Part shown: positions 11,153 to 20,808 of the stretch, one piece after another
Layout of the letters: every line of letters begins with the position of its first letter
How positions within the stretch are numbered: position 1 is the stretch's first letter
Source: Bacillota bacterium
GTDB taxonomy: Bacteria; Bacillota; Limnochordia; Darwinibacteriales; DTU012
Assembly: GCA_012837335.1 (NCBI GenBank)
Contig: DURM01000058.1
Location: forward strand, 8,279-72,278
Direction: 5' to 3'
Length of the DNA stretch: 64,000 nt
The notes under the pieces: generated by a model
Databases searched by the model: none
What the model was told of the DNA's origin: nothing
The model's input: the letters and a program-made list of their open reading frames with translations, nothing else
Translations under genes and position numbers: made by a program

Positions 11153-11982
11153 GTAGACAAGCTCTTGGAAAAGGACTGCGATCGCTGATACCCCAGGTGG
11201 AAGTCGTTAACCGCAACCAGGTAAGCCAGATTGAAGTTGACAAGATTACGGCGAATCCCTTCCAGCCGCGCCGATACTTTGACACTGAAAAACTGGAACA
11301 GTTAGCTCAATCTATCAAAGAGCATGGGGTTCTGGAGCCGATTATAGTCCGCAAAACTGATGAGGGGTATCAGGTTGTGGTAGGAGAGCGACGGTGGCGG
11401 GCCAGCATGCTTGCGGGTAAAGATACAGTTCCGGCTGTTGTCAAGGAGTTGACAGATCGGCAGATGACAGAGCTGGCGTTGATCGAAAACCTTCAGAGAG
11501 AAGACCTCAACGCAATTGAGGAAGCAGAAGGCTACCAGGTTCTGATCGAGGAATTCTCAATGACTCAGGAGGAAGTGGCCCAGTCGGTTGGAAAAAAACG
11601 CTCATCTGTGGCCAATGCACTGCGCCTGCTTACCTTGGATAATAAGGTAAAAGAGATGGTTGCATCCGGTGCGCTGAGCCGTGGTCACGCTAAGGTGCTG
11701 CTTGGTGTAGATTCGGTGAAGTTGAGGCAGCAGTTGGCAGAAAAGGTTGTCAAAGAAGGCCTCAGTGTCCGCCAGCTGGAGCGTCTGGTCAAGGACAGGC
11801 CTAAGAAAAAAACGGAGAAAACGAGGCGGAAAGATCCAGAGGTAGAGCTGCTTCAGGAGGAGCTGCAGCGGGTGCTGGGTACAAAAGTTAGATTAGACTA
11901 CCATCAAGGCAAAGGAAAAATTGAAATAGAGTACTACTCGGATGAGGAACTGGAGAGAATTCTAGATTTAATGCGGGGCTAG
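11149..11982 (+). CDS. spo0J: Chromosome partitioning protein ParB/Spo0J
   Basis: 277 aa. ParB box GERRWRAS and HTH. Overlaps the parA stop. Confidence 0.9.
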   Translation: MSRQALGKGLRSLIPQVEVVNRNQVSQIEVDKITANPFQPRRYFDTEKLEQLAQSIKEHGVLEPIIVRKTDEGYQVVVGERRWRASMLAGKDTVPAVVKELTDRQMTELALIENLQREDLNAIEEAEGYQVLIEEFSMTQEEVAQSVGKKRSSVANALRLLTLDNKVKEMVASGALSRGHAKVLLGVDSVKLRQQLAEKVVKEGLSVRQLERLVKDRPKKKTEKTRRKDPEVELLQEELQRVLGTKVRLDYHQGKGKIEIEYYSDEELERILDLMRG

Positions 11983-12002
11983 CATGTCTGGAGGGTCAGT
12001 TC

Positions 12003-13145
12003 ATGTCAAGCGGGATAAAACAGGATTTTAACTGGAAAATTGGTGACCAAATCACCTTTGTAGTTGAGTCCGGTTTATTTGAGGGAACGTTTACCAGTGA
12101 GGTTGTGGGAATTAATCCCCGCTATGGTATCATCCAAATCAGGTTCCCAAAATTAGATGGCAAGCTGGTGCTGATTCCCGTAGGAACTGCAGTGATAGTA
12201 AAGGCAGAACCCCCAAAAAATCATGATGAGAAATTCATGGTAATTGATCGGACAGGGGGAGAAACTAGGTGTTTGGTTCTTAAAAAAAGCACCGGTGTTG
12301 CTAATCGATTAGTAAACCTTAAACAGCCACAGGATACCAGGGTGCTCAGCGTATGTTCCGGCAAAGGAGGCGTAGGAAAAACCACATTTGCTGTGAATTT
12401 GGCCTTTGCCATTGCTGAGCTTGGAGAGAGGGTGTGCATTCTTGACGCTGCCCTGGGTACCGGAAATGTTGATGTGCTGCTGGATATTGCCCCGCGGTAT
12501 CATATCGGGCATGTGCTTTCAGGAAAGTGTGGCTTTCTGGATATAATAGCAGAAGTTAAGCCCAATCTGCATATACTGCCGGGCTGTTCGGGAGTGCAGC
12601 CCCTGACAGAACTGAGTAATTATCAATACAATCTCCTCGCGGATGAGCTGGAACAGGTCTTTCCCTATTTTGATTACATCATTATCGACACTAGCCCCGG
12701 TATTGCTGCTGTAACAACCAATTTTATCTCTGCAGCAAAAGGCGGCTTTTTGATTACAACGCCGGAGCCGCACGCGATTACCGATACTTATGCACTATTA
12801 AAGACGCTGGTGAACGTGGAGGCAAGTAGTTTAAACTTGAACTTAGTTGTCAACCGAGTTCAGTATCGCGAAGAGGCGGAGAATACCGTAGGCAAACTGC
12901 GGTTTGCTGCCAAGAAGTTCCTTGATTTTGAACTGGGCTACGCCGGGTTTGTGTTTGAAGACCCAAGGGTTAGGGAAGCAAATATGAAGCAGAAAGCAGT
13001 TATCGATTATGACCAGTCGGCGTCCTCAAGCTTGAACTATCGAGAGATTGCCCGATATATTTTCAGTGAATCCCCGCAGGCGGGTGATGAAAAAACCCAA
13101 GGTGGCTTGATTGCCCGCATTAAAAACATCGGCAGGCGAGCATAA
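12003..13145 (+). CDS. MinD/ParA-family ATPase with an extra ~110-aa N-terminal beta-rich domain (possibly PilZ/YcgR-N-like)
   Basis: 380 aa. Residues ~115-330 carry a deviant Walker A (CSGKGGVGKTTFAVNLA) and MinD/FlhG-like motifs. The N-terminal 110 aa have no ATPase similarity. Starts 21 nt after parB. Confidence 0.7.
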   Translation: MSSGIKQDFNWKIGDQITFVVESGLFEGTFTSEVVGINPRYGIIQIRFPKLDGKLVLIPVGTAVIVKAEPPKNHDEKFMVIDRTGGETRCLVLKKSTGVANRLVNLKQPQDTRVLSVCSGKGGVGKTTFAVNLAFAIAELGERVCILDAALGTGNVDVLLDIAPRYHIGHVLSGKCGFLDIIAEVKPNLHILPGCSGVQPLTELSNYQYNLLADELEQVFPYFDYIIIDTSPGIAAVTTNFISAAKGGFLITTPEPHAITDTYALLKTLVNVEASSLNLNLVVNRVQYREEAENTVGKLRFAAKKFLDFELGYAGFVFEDPRVREANMKQKAVIDYDQSASSSLNYREIARYIFSESPQAGDEKTQGGLIARIKNIGRRA

Positions 13146-13159
13146 ACAGCAAGAGCTTA

Positions 13160-13176
13160 ATGTTCCACGTGGAACA
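13160..13176. promoter_or_regulatory. parS centromere-like site inside a 34-bp perfect palindrome; probably also a bidirectional terminator hairpin
   Basis: TGTTCCACGTGGAACA matches the Firmicute parS consensus TGTTNCACGTGAAACA at 15/16 and is itself palindromic. It is embedded in AGAGCTTAA-TGTTCCACGTGGAACA-TTAAGCTCT (~13151-13184), which overlaps the yyaC stop codon. Confidence 0.7.
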
Positions 13177-13695
13177 TTAAGCTCTATTTATACTCATCTG
13201 CTGAATACTCATCATTACTCCTCGTACGATGACATCGCTCATCCGCATTACCAAGCTGAGCCTAGTGTTCTGCAGAACAAAGTACTCCATCAGACCCCCT
13301 ACATTGACAATGCCAATGATATGGTAGTCTCCTATTTCTGGCAGTGATTTGTTGACCCCGGTTCCTGGTTTTAAGGGACCTTTCTTTAAAGAAATATAGC
13401 CAACGCTTTCAGATTTTCCCAAGCAGGCATCGATTGCTAGAATCAGGGAATCAGAATGTTTGCGTTTGATAAGACCAACAAATTGATCGAGATTTAAGGC
13501 ATGAACAGGCTCGTCCAGGCTGCCATATACAGTTATGTTCCGCAGTTCGCTTTCCTGCAGCTTTGTTCCTATCAGTGGGCCAAGGGAATCGCCTGTGGAA
13601 CGATCGGTGCCAACACAGACAATGACTAAGTGCTGATTTTGAGTAATACTCGCTATAGAGAGGGCTAGTGTCTCTGAGGCGAACGGATCATCCAT
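13177..13695 (-). CDS. yyaC: Spore protease YyaC (GPR-like endopeptidase family)
   Basis: 172 aa. VIVCVGTDRSTGDSLGPLIG is the YyaC signature. Same position as B. subtilis yyaC next to spo0J. Confidence 0.8.
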   Translation of the reverse strand: MDDPFASETLALSIASITQNQHLVIVCVGTDRSTGDSLGPLIGTKLQESELRNITVYGSLDEPVHALNLDQFVGLIKRKHSDSLILAIDACLGKSESVGYISLKKGPLKPGTGVNKSLPEIGDYHIIGIVNVGGLMEYFVLQNTRLSLVMRMSDVIVRGVMMSIQQMSINRA

Positions 13696-13838
13696 GTGAA
13701 GTCGGGCGATGCTTTCATTACTTCGAGCTATGATCGAAGCTCCCTCCCCTCAAAGTATTTGATCTTGCCACTAATATACGCAGAACTCAAGCATAATATG
13801 TATCGCGGACCATTTTTTACAGAGGGGGAGGAGATGCA

Positions 13839-14819
13839 TTGACCTGGAAAATAGCCTCCTTATACACGGCATCTGTGATTGGGGCGGGTTTTGCGTCAGG
13901 TCAGGAAATCGTTCAGTTTTTTGCCAAATTCGGTCCCAGTGGTTTCATTGGTGTATTGATCAGCGCTGTACTGCTGAGTCGCTGCGGCGGAACAGCACTG
14001 CGCAAATGCGCAGAATTGAAACTCAGCAGCTACAATGAGTTAATAGCAGCATTGACAAATAAAGCGGCGCCATTTTTTGATCTGCTCTACACTCTGTTTA
14101 TTATGCTGGGACTGGCGGTTATGCTTGCGGGTACAGAGGAAGCCCTGGCTCGCCTGACGAATGTTAATGGAGGTATGTTTATAACCGCGTTGTTGGTGCT
14201 GATTCCGCTGATATTTGGGCAAGACCAGGTTTTAAACTTGAACAGCATTCTTGTACCGATCTTGGTTTTGTTCATGACCTGGGTTTCCGTGGCGACAATC
14301 GTCACTGGTAAATTTAATCTGCACCCGCCTTTACTTTCGGCTGTGCCTGCGGGGTGCTTGTACGCTGGATATAATTATGGGTTTTCGCTGGCAATCTTCG
14401 CTGGTATCGGCAGATATGTGGAGCGAAAAGAGGAGGCAGAGCGGGGAGGATGGATGGGCGGCATAATTTTGGGTTTCCTGCTTCTGCTAGCGTCAGCAGC
14501 TCTCTTATGTGCCCCACCTGCAGCGATGAATACGGCCCTGCCGATGCTTACCCTGGCGGAGATGATTGATCCGAAACTAGGAATGATTTATACTGTCATT
14601 ATTTGGATTGCCATGTACACTACTGCCTTAGCTCACGCGTTTGCTTTGTCGCAGCGGCTTTATCCAACTATTTCAGAGCAGTGGTGGAAAGTAACTGCGC
14701 TGGTGCTGATTGCAGCGCTGGTAGTTGCTCAGATTGGTTTTGTTCCTTTGATTAAGTACAGCTATCCGGCTTTTGGTTTTATTGGTTTGTATCTAATCTA
14801 TAAAATGCATAAGCTTTAA
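13839..14819 (+). CDS. YkvI/YyaD-family polytopic membrane protein (putative transporter)
   Basis: 326 aa, about 10 TM helices, N-terminal ...SVIGAGFASGQEIVQFF. Syntenic with B. subtilis yyaD. TTG start. Confidence 0.65.
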   Translation: MTWKIASLYTASVIGAGFASGQEIVQFFAKFGPSGFIGVLISAVLLSRCGGTALRKCAELKLSSYNELIAALTNKAAPFFDLLYTLFIMLGLAVMLAGTEEALARLTNVNGGMFITALLVLIPLIFGQDQVLNLNSILVPILVLFMTWVSVATIVTGKFNLHPPLLSAVPAGCLYAGYNYGFSLAIFAGIGRYVERKEEAERGGWMGGIILGFLLLLASAALLCAPPAAMNTALPMLTLAEMIDPKLGMIYTVIIWIAMYTTALAHAFALSQRLYPTISEQWWKVTALVLIAALVVAQIGFVPLIKYSYPAFGFIGLYLIYKMHKL

Positions 14820-14838
14820 GGATTCTTGGGGGGAATCG

Positions 14839-15357
14839 ATGATGGATAACCAGCTTTCTCTATTTGAACAAGGAATTCGCTCATTTGATATGGGAGAATA
14901 TGATGAAGCAGAAAAATGTTTTAAAGCAGTTATTGAAACAGATCCTAAGCAAGCCGAGGCTTGGAACAAGCTGGGTGTTACTTATGTCTATCAGAAAAAC
15001 CTGCCGGAGGCAGAAGAGTGCTTTAAAACCGCAGTTTTTCATAATCCCAAGTTGGCTGTGGCATACAGTAATCTGGGCAACATCTATTTTGAACAGGAGC
15101 GGTATGAAGAGGCAATAGCTGTTTACCATCGGGCTATTGAAGCCGATCCTGAATACGGCAATGCTTATCACAATCTCGGAGTGCTTTATAAGCAGCAGGG
15201 AAATATAGCAGAAGGGGTAAAATATCTGAAAAAGGGTGCTAAATTGAACAACCGTCGACCTTGGAAGGATGCAGAACCGCCAAAGCTGGCGAATATGCGG
15301 ATGCTTCTGTGGGTGATCATTGCCTTCTTGATTTTCCTTATTTTTAGGTCGCGATAA
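14839..15357 (+). CDS. TPR-repeat protein with C-terminal transmembrane anchor
   Basis: 172 aa. Four TPR-like repeats (AEAWNKLG, AVAYSNLG, GNAYHNLG) and a C-terminal hydrophobic helix LLWVIIAFLIFLIF. Confidence 0.6.
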   Translation: MMDNQLSLFEQGIRSFDMGEYDEAEKCFKAVIETDPKQAEAWNKLGVTYVYQKNLPEAEECFKTAVFHNPKLAVAYSNLGNIYFEQERYEEAIAVYHRAIEADPEYGNAYHNLGVLYKQQGNIAEGVKYLKKGAKLNNRRPWKDAEPPKLANMRMLLWVIIAFLIFLIFRSR

Positions 15358-15395
15358 GATAAAACCCCAGCTTGAAGGCTAGGGTTTTATCTTAA
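15358..15395. terminator. Bidirectional rho-independent terminator
   Basis: GATAAAACCCCAG...CTAGGGTTTTATC hairpin with T-tracts on both sides, between the TPR gene (+) and the small ORF (-). Confidence 0.6.
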
Positions 15396-15484
15396 CTGCG
15401 TTTAACCGGTTTCCAAATCAGAATAACAGTTCGTTTTTGCGCTTTTAAAATCGGGTCGAGGATCGCTTTCAGGATACTAAACAT
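15392..15484 (-). CDS. Unannotated small ORF (31 aa, MFSILKAILDPILKAQKRTVILIWKPVKRS)
   Basis: AAGGGGG SD lies 6 nt before the ATG. The ORF is divergent from gcvT and ends at the terminator. It is shorter than the ORF-track length cutoff. Confidence 0.35.
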   Translation of the reverse strand: MFSILKAILDPILKAQKRTVILIWKPVKRS

Positions 15485-15597
15485 GTCATTCCCCCTTTGC
15501 CGGTAAAAAGCTTTGGTGTTGTATGGTATGAAGGAAATCACACTTTGGTGACAAATGGTAATTAAGAGATCTTCACAAACTTAAGGGAGGGGTTTAA

Positions 15598-16683
15598 TTG
15601 GCACAAAAAACACCGCTCTACGATTATCACCTTGCGCTGGGGGCTAAGATGACGGAATTTGCAGGGTATTTGATGCCGCTGCAGTACGCAGGCATTGTCC
15701 AGGAACACCAGGCTGTTCGCACCGCAGTAGGAATCTTTGACTTGAGTCATATGGGTGAAATTCTTGTGACTGGAGTTGGGGCGCAGGACTTTCTCAACTA
15801 TGTGACTACTAATGATGTGTCAAAACTAACAACAGGTGCGATTCAGTATTCTCTGCTGACCAATGAGGCCGGCGGCGTCATTGACGATATCCTAATCTAT
15901 CGTGTGCCAGAAGGGTTCTATCTGGTGGTCAACGCAGCCAATAAAGATAAGGACTACCAGTGGCTGTTAGAGCACAAGCCTGAGAACGCAGCCGTCACTG
16001 ATCTGTCGCCTTCTACAGCTTTGATCGCTGTTCAGGGTCCAAATGCTCTGCCAGTCACTGAGAAAGCGCTGGACTATCAATTAGAATCTATGCGCTACTA
16101 TGCCTTTGCCGATCTGCTCTATAAAAATGAAGGTATTCGCGTATCAAGGACCGGATATACAGGGGAAGATGGTTTTGAGATTTATCTGCCACTGTATTTG
16201 GCATCACAGCTGTGGGAAGAGCTGCTCGCAGTGGGTAAACCTTATGGGATCCAACCGGCTGGCTTGGGAGCTCGGGATACACTAAGACTGGAAATGCGGA
16301 TGTCGCTGTATGGAAATGAATTAACGGAGAGCATAACCCCGTTGGAAGCCGGTTTAAGCCGCTTTGTTGATTTTGATAAAGGAGACTTTATCGGCCGCGA
16401 GGCTCTGCTGAATCTTAAAATGGCAGGAATTAAACAGCGTCTGGTCGGATTTATTCTCAAAGAAAAAGGAATTCCACGCCATGGATATAAGATAGTAAAT
16501 CAAGACCAAGAAATTGGATACGTTACCAGCGGTACCATCTCCCCGAGTACGCAGCAGGCAGTCGGAATGGGCTATGTTAAGGCCGAGTATGCCAAAGCAG
16601 GAACCATGATCGAAATTGAGATCCGCAGCCGCAGAGTACCTGCTGAGATTGTAAAAGGCAGGTTTGTTACTAAAAAGCAATAA
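15598..16683 (+). CDS. gcvT: Glycine cleavage system aminomethyltransferase GcvT
   Basis: 361 aa. TTG start with AGGGAGGGG SD. GcvT motifs (..AVGIFDLSHMGEI..). Confidence 0.9.
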   Translation: MAQKTPLYDYHLALGAKMTEFAGYLMPLQYAGIVQEHQAVRTAVGIFDLSHMGEILVTGVGAQDFLNYVTTNDVSKLTTGAIQYSLLTNEAGGVIDDILIYRVPEGFYLVVNAANKDKDYQWLLEHKPENAAVTDLSPSTALIAVQGPNALPVTEKALDYQLESMRYYAFADLLYKNEGIRVSRTGYTGEDGFEIYLPLYLASQLWEELLAVGKPYGIQPAGLGARDTLRLEMRMSLYGNELTESITPLEAGLSRFVDFDKGDFIGREALLNLKMAGIKQRLVGFILKEKGIPRHGYKIVNQDQEIGYVTSGTISPSTQQAVGMGYVKAEYAKAGTMIEIEIRSRRVPAEIVKGRFVTKKQ

Positions 16684-16704
16684 TTTCAAAGGAGGTACTT
16701 TCTA

Positions 16705-17088
16705 ATGGAAGTCAGAAAAGGATTGCTTTACAGCAGGGAACATGAATGGGTACAAGAGGTAAGTGATACGGTTGTTAGAGTAGGGATTACAGAATATGCG
16801 CAGGATCAGCTAGGCGATATCGTTTTCATAGAGCTTCCAGCAGTTAACGCTGAAGTTGTTGAAGGAGAATCCTTTGCAGTCGTAGAGTCGGTTAAGGCAG
16901 CATCGGATGTTTATTCTCCGGTGTCTGGGACAGTTACAGCGGTTAATGAAAAGTTAGAAGACAGCCCAGAGTTAGTAAATGAGTCGCCCTATGATGATGG
17001 CTGGATGATCGAAGTTAAATCAAACCAATTCGATTTCTCCAATTTAATGACTGCCGAGGAGTATGAGCGCTATTTGAAGGAGGTATAG
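16705..17088 (+). CDS. gcvH: Glycine cleavage system H protein (lipoyl carrier)
   Basis: 127 aa. Lipoyl-lysine motif ..VESVKAASDVYSPVSG. Confidence 0.9.
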   Translation: MEVRKGLLYSREHEWVQEVSDTVVRVGITEYAQDQLGDIVFIELPAVNAEVVEGESFAVVESVKAASDVYSPVSGTVTAVNEKLEDSPELVNESPYDDGWMIEVKSNQFDFSNLMTAEEYERYLKEV

Positions 17089-17090
17089 CT

Positions 17091-18437
17091 GTGCCCTACA
17101 TACCCAACACTCCTGAAGAGCAGCAGGAGATGCTGCAATCACTTGGAATGACTCAAATAGCAGACTTGTTTGTTGATATAGCTGAAAATTTGCGCCTCAC
17201 AAGACCGCTTGACCTGCCTGAAGCTCTGACAGAACCTGAGCTCCTCCGCTATATGGGCAGGTTGGCTCAAAAAAATGTCAATCTTGACCAATATGTTTCT
17301 TTTCTGGGTGCAGGCGCTTATGACCACATTATCCCGGCGGCAATTTCCCATCTAATCAGCCGGGGTGAGTTTCTAACTGCCTATACGCCCTATCAGGCCG
17401 AGATCAGTCAGGGTGTGCTGCAGTCGATTTTCGAATTTCAAACTCTGATTGCCAATTTAACAGATATGGAAGCTGCTAATGCCTCCATGTACGATGGGGC
17501 TACAGCGCTGGCAGAAGCAGCCTTAATGTCATGTAATGTTACCCGCCGTGATAAGGTAGCTGTTGGAGCTAATCTTGATCCCCAATGGCTGGACATTCTG
17601 CAGGTATATCTAAGCAGTCAAAATATTGAGTTAATTATCATGCCTTATGATCAGACCACGGGAATGATCGATTTGGATGCAGTTGATCCGAAACTAGGCT
17701 TTGAACTAGCGTGTGTGATTGCTGCCCAGCCTAACTTTTTCGGTGTACTTGATGACATTGCTGGTATCGCTGAGTGGATTAAGAGCCGTGGCGGATTATT
17801 AGTGATGGCCGTTGACCCCATCAGTCTCGGTCTGCTGAAGTCTCCTGGGGAGTACGGAGCCGATATTGTCGTGGGAGATGCCGGGTGCATGGGTAACCCT
17901 ATCAGCTTCGGCGGACCAAGCGTAGGCTATTTTGCAGTTAATGATATGAAGCTGGTGAGGAGAATGCCCGGCAGAATTGTGGGACAAACCACTGATCGGG
18001 ATGGAAAGATCGGCTATGTTCTGACTCTGCAGGCAAGGGAACAGCATATTCGAAGAGAAAAAGCGACTTCTAATATCTGCACTAACCAAGCTTTAAATGC
18101 CCTGGCGGCTACCATCTACCTAGCTCTGTTGGGCAAAAACGGAATCAGAGAGGTTGCTTACCAGTGTCTGCAGAAAACCGCTTATCTGCGGCATAAACTG
18201 ATCGACGCTGGGTTTAAACTGCGTTTTAACGCACCGGTCTTTAAAGAATTCGCTCTCCAGGCCGATTTGGATTGGGAGCGGGTGAACGAAAGGCTGCTTG
18301 AACACGGTTATATCGGTGGTTTTCCGCTCAAGCTTGTAAATGCGGATCTAGCTGACAGCGTGTTGATCGCTGTGACAGAAGCGCGCACGCGCGCGGAATT
18401 AGATCAATTCGCTGAACTTTTGAGGGGGTGTCGTTGA
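17091..18437 (+). CDS. gcvPA: Glycine dehydrogenase (decarboxylating) subunit 1
   Basis: 448 aa with P-protein N-terminal half similarity. Operon context. Confidence 0.88.
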   Translation: MPYIPNTPEEQQEMLQSLGMTQIADLFVDIAENLRLTRPLDLPEALTEPELLRYMGRLAQKNVNLDQYVSFLGAGAYDHIIPAAISHLISRGEFLTAYTPYQAEISQGVLQSIFEFQTLIANLTDMEAANASMYDGATALAEAALMSCNVTRRDKVAVGANLDPQWLDILQVYLSSQNIELIIMPYDQTTGMIDLDAVDPKLGFELACVIAAQPNFFGVLDDIAGIAEWIKSRGGLLVMAVDPISLGLLKSPGEYGADIVVGDAGCMGNPISFGGPSVGYFAVNDMKLVRRMPGRIVGQTTDRDGKIGYVLTLQAREQHIRREKATSNICTNQALNALAATIYLALLGKNGIREVAYQCLQKTAYLRHKLIDAGFKLRFNAPVFKEFALQADLDWERVNERLLEHGYIGGFPLKLVNADLADSVLIAVTEARTRAELDQFAELLRGCR

Positions 18438-19882
18438 TGCTGCTTTTGGAGATGTCTAAACCCGGACGTAGGGGCTATGCCCTGCCGGAGCTTGACGTTC
18501 CGGAAATTCCCCTCGCAGAACTGGTACCCGATTCATATCTACGCGGTTCTGAACCTATGCTGCCGGAAGTAAGCGAGCCCGAAGTTATCCGCTATTTTAC
18601 TGGACTTTCCCGGATGAACCACGGTGTCGATGTGGGCTTCTATCCGCTGGGTTCGTGTACTATGAAGTATAATCCGCGCGTACATGAGGATATTGCCGCG
18701 ATGCCCGGATTCAGCCGCATTCATCCTCGGCAGCCTGAAGATACAGCGCAGGGAGCGCTGCAGCTGATGTATGAGCTAGATCAATGCCTGGCTGAGATTG
18801 CCGGCTTGGCTAAAGCGTCTCTAGTTCCGGCAGCCGGAGCTCATGGCGAGCTAGCTGGCCTTTTGATCATTAAAGCCTATCACGAGGCGAATGGAGAAGG
18901 GGAGCAGCGGCGGGAGATCATAGTTCCTGATTCAGCCCACGGCACTAATCCGGCCAGTGCCCACATGGCGGGCTTTACAGTTCGAGAAGTTCCATCAGAT
19001 CATCGCGGCGGTGTGGATACAGCTGCTCTTAGAGCCATGGTTGGCCCTCAAACAGCCGGTTTAATGCTGACAAACCCAAATACGCTGGGGCTGTTTGATG
19101 AGAATCTCGAAGAAATTGCGGAGATTATTCATGGGGCAGGGGGTTTGCTGTACTTTGATGGGGCAAATGCCAATGCTATTTTGGGCATAACCCGACCGGG
19201 CGATTGTGGTTTTGATATCGTTCACTTTAACCTGCACAAAACTTTCTCCACTCCCCATGGCGGCGGCGGTCCGGGAGCCGGTCCGATTGTGGTCTGTGAA
19301 AAGCTCGTTGATTTTCTGCCTTCGCCAACAGTGGAGTGCACAGAAGGAAGATATCACTTCGCTTATCCTAAGCGGAGTATCGGACCGATTAAAGCATTCT
19401 ATGGCAACTTCGGGGTAATGGTCAAAGCTTACTCCTATATCCGCCGCTTAGGTGCGGAGGGATTGAAAAGAGTCAGTGAAAACGCGGTACTTAATGCCAA
19501 TTATTTAATGAATCAGCTCAAGGAAGACTACTTCCTGCCGTACGACCGGATCTGCATGCATGAATTTGTTCTCTCTGGAAAATGGCAGAAAGAGCAGAGC
19601 GTTGCTACCCTGGATATCGCCAAGCGACTCTTGGATTACGGCATTCACGCGCCAACCATCTATTTCCCGCTGATTGTCGAAGAGGCACTGATGATAGAGC
19701 CTACGGAGACTGAATCGAAGTCAGCGCTGGATAAATTCATTCAGATCATGAAAGCAATTGCTGAAGAAGCCAGAAACAATCCGGAAACAGTAAAGGCAGC
19801 GCCGACCAAGACGCCTTTGAAAAGGCTCGATGAAACACAAGCGGCGCGCAAGCCGATCTTGAAGTATCAGAAAAATACTTAA
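18428..19882 (+). CDS. gcvPB: Glycine dehydrogenase (decarboxylating) subunit 2
   Basis: 484 aa PLP-dependent C-terminal half (..[18 protein letters not shown]..). Confidence 0.88.
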   Translation: MSLMLLLEMSKPGRRGYALPELDVPEIPLAELVPDSYLRGSEPMLPEVSEPEVIRYFTGLSRMNHGVDVGFYPLGSCTMKYNPRVHEDIAAMPGFSRIHPRQPEDTAQGALQLMYELDQCLAEIAGLAKASLVPAAGAHGELAGLLIIKAYHEANGEGEQRREIIVPDSAHGTNPASAHMAGFTVREVPSDHRGGVDTAALRAMVGPQTAGLMLTNPNTLGLFDENLEEIAEIIHGAGGLLYFDGANANAILGITRPGDCGFDIVHFNLHKTFSTPHGGGGPGAGPIVVCEKLVDFLPSPTVECTEGRYHFAYPKRSIGPIKAFYGNFGVMVKAYSYIRRLGAEGLKRVSENAVLNANYLMNQLKEDYFLPYDRICMHEFVLSGKWQKEQSVATLDIAKRLLDYGIHAPTIYFPLIVEEALMIEPTETESKSALDKFIQIMKAIAEEARNNPETVKAAPTKTPLKRLDETQAARKPILKYQKNT

Positions 19883-19889
19883 TCAAAAA

Positions 19890-19924
19890 GGCATCAACCG
19901 CTGTGCGCAGTTGATGCCTTTTAA
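19890..19924. terminator. Bidirectional terminator between gcvPB (+) and the PrsA-like gene (-)
   Basis: GGCATCAAC-(11 nt)-GTTGATGCC stem, with A-run upstream and T-run downstream. Confidence 0.7.
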
Positions 19925-19938
19925 ATCTCTGTACTGTT

Positions 19939-20808
19939 TTATCTGTAGCCTTCTCTTAAAATCTCGATCTCTGCTTCTTCTTCCAGTTTGTAAATATAGG
20001 AATTTAAGTCGCTGGCAAGATAGTCGATTAAAGTCTGCTCAACATAATCCCACTGTGCATCGAGATCAGCAGGCTGAGCATCCAGCTTGTCGGTAACTAG
20101 TACAATATGCCAGCCATAAACTGTTTCCACCTTATTAAAGCTGTTGATCGGCAGGGACCAAGCCATGTTTTCAAACTCAGGAACCATTCTTCCTTTCTCA
20201 AAGTATCCTAAGTCTCCGCCGAGATAATTATTGCTGGTATCCAAGGAATGCTGCGCAGCCAGCTCGGCGAAATCAGCGCCATTTTTAAGCTGTTCAAGCA
20301 GCTGATCTGCTTCTGCTTCTGTCTTCACGAGAATGTGGCTTGCTCTGACCATTTCAGGCTGATTAAAGTATTCTTCGTTTTGCAGGAAAAACTCGATCAC
20401 TTGTTCTGGAGTAACTGTTGTTTCTTCATACGCCAGAAGGTTTACTGTCAGCTCAAACTCGAGCTGCTCTCTGAATTCCTGGTCAGTTATGCCAACCTGA
20501 GCTAGATAATTTATGTAACCCATTTCTCCGCCCAGCTGGTTAATAATGCTGGCGAAGACGAATTGAAAATCTTCGGGAACAAGATAAACACCCAAGGCTT
20601 CCTGCTTCTGTGCAACCAGCTCTTTTATAATCATCTGGCTTAAAACGTAAGCTCCGAACTCTTTCTCCAAAGCATCATAAAATGCGGCTAGGGTGATTGC
20701 TTTTCCGTTTACAGTTGCGACAACTTCGTCGCTGCCAGCGGCAAAAACCGGTACGCTGGACAGCACCAGTGCTAAAATCAATACAATCGGTAGTTTGTGA
20801 AATTTCAA
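19939..20808 (-). CDS. PpiC-type peptidyl-prolyl isomerase, PrsA/SurA-like, secreted
   Basis: 289 aa. Signal peptide MKFHKLPIVLILALVLSSVPVFAAG, SurA-N-like region and parvulin domain (..ASHILV..GGDLGYF..GWHIV). Confidence 0.75.
   Translation of the reverse strand: MKFHKLPIVLILALVLSSVPVFAAGSDEVVATVNGKAITLAAFYDALEKEFGAYVLSQMIIKELVAQKQEALGVYLVPEDFQFVFASIINQLGGEMGYINYLAQVGITDQEFREQLEFELTVNLLAYEETTVTPEQVIEFFLQNEEYFNQPEMVRASHILVKTEAEADQLLEQLKNGADFAELAAQHSLDTSNNYLGGDLGYFEKGRMVPEFENMAWSLPINSFNKVETVYGWHIVLVTDKLDAQPADLDAQWDYVEQTLIDYLASDLNSYIYKLEEEAEIEILREGYR

Noticed and set aside
15358-15597. Expected glycine riboswitch upstream of gcvT
   Set aside because: No GGAGAG / ACCGAAGGGGCAA-type aptamer cores are visible on either strand. 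Reported as an absence rather than a feature.
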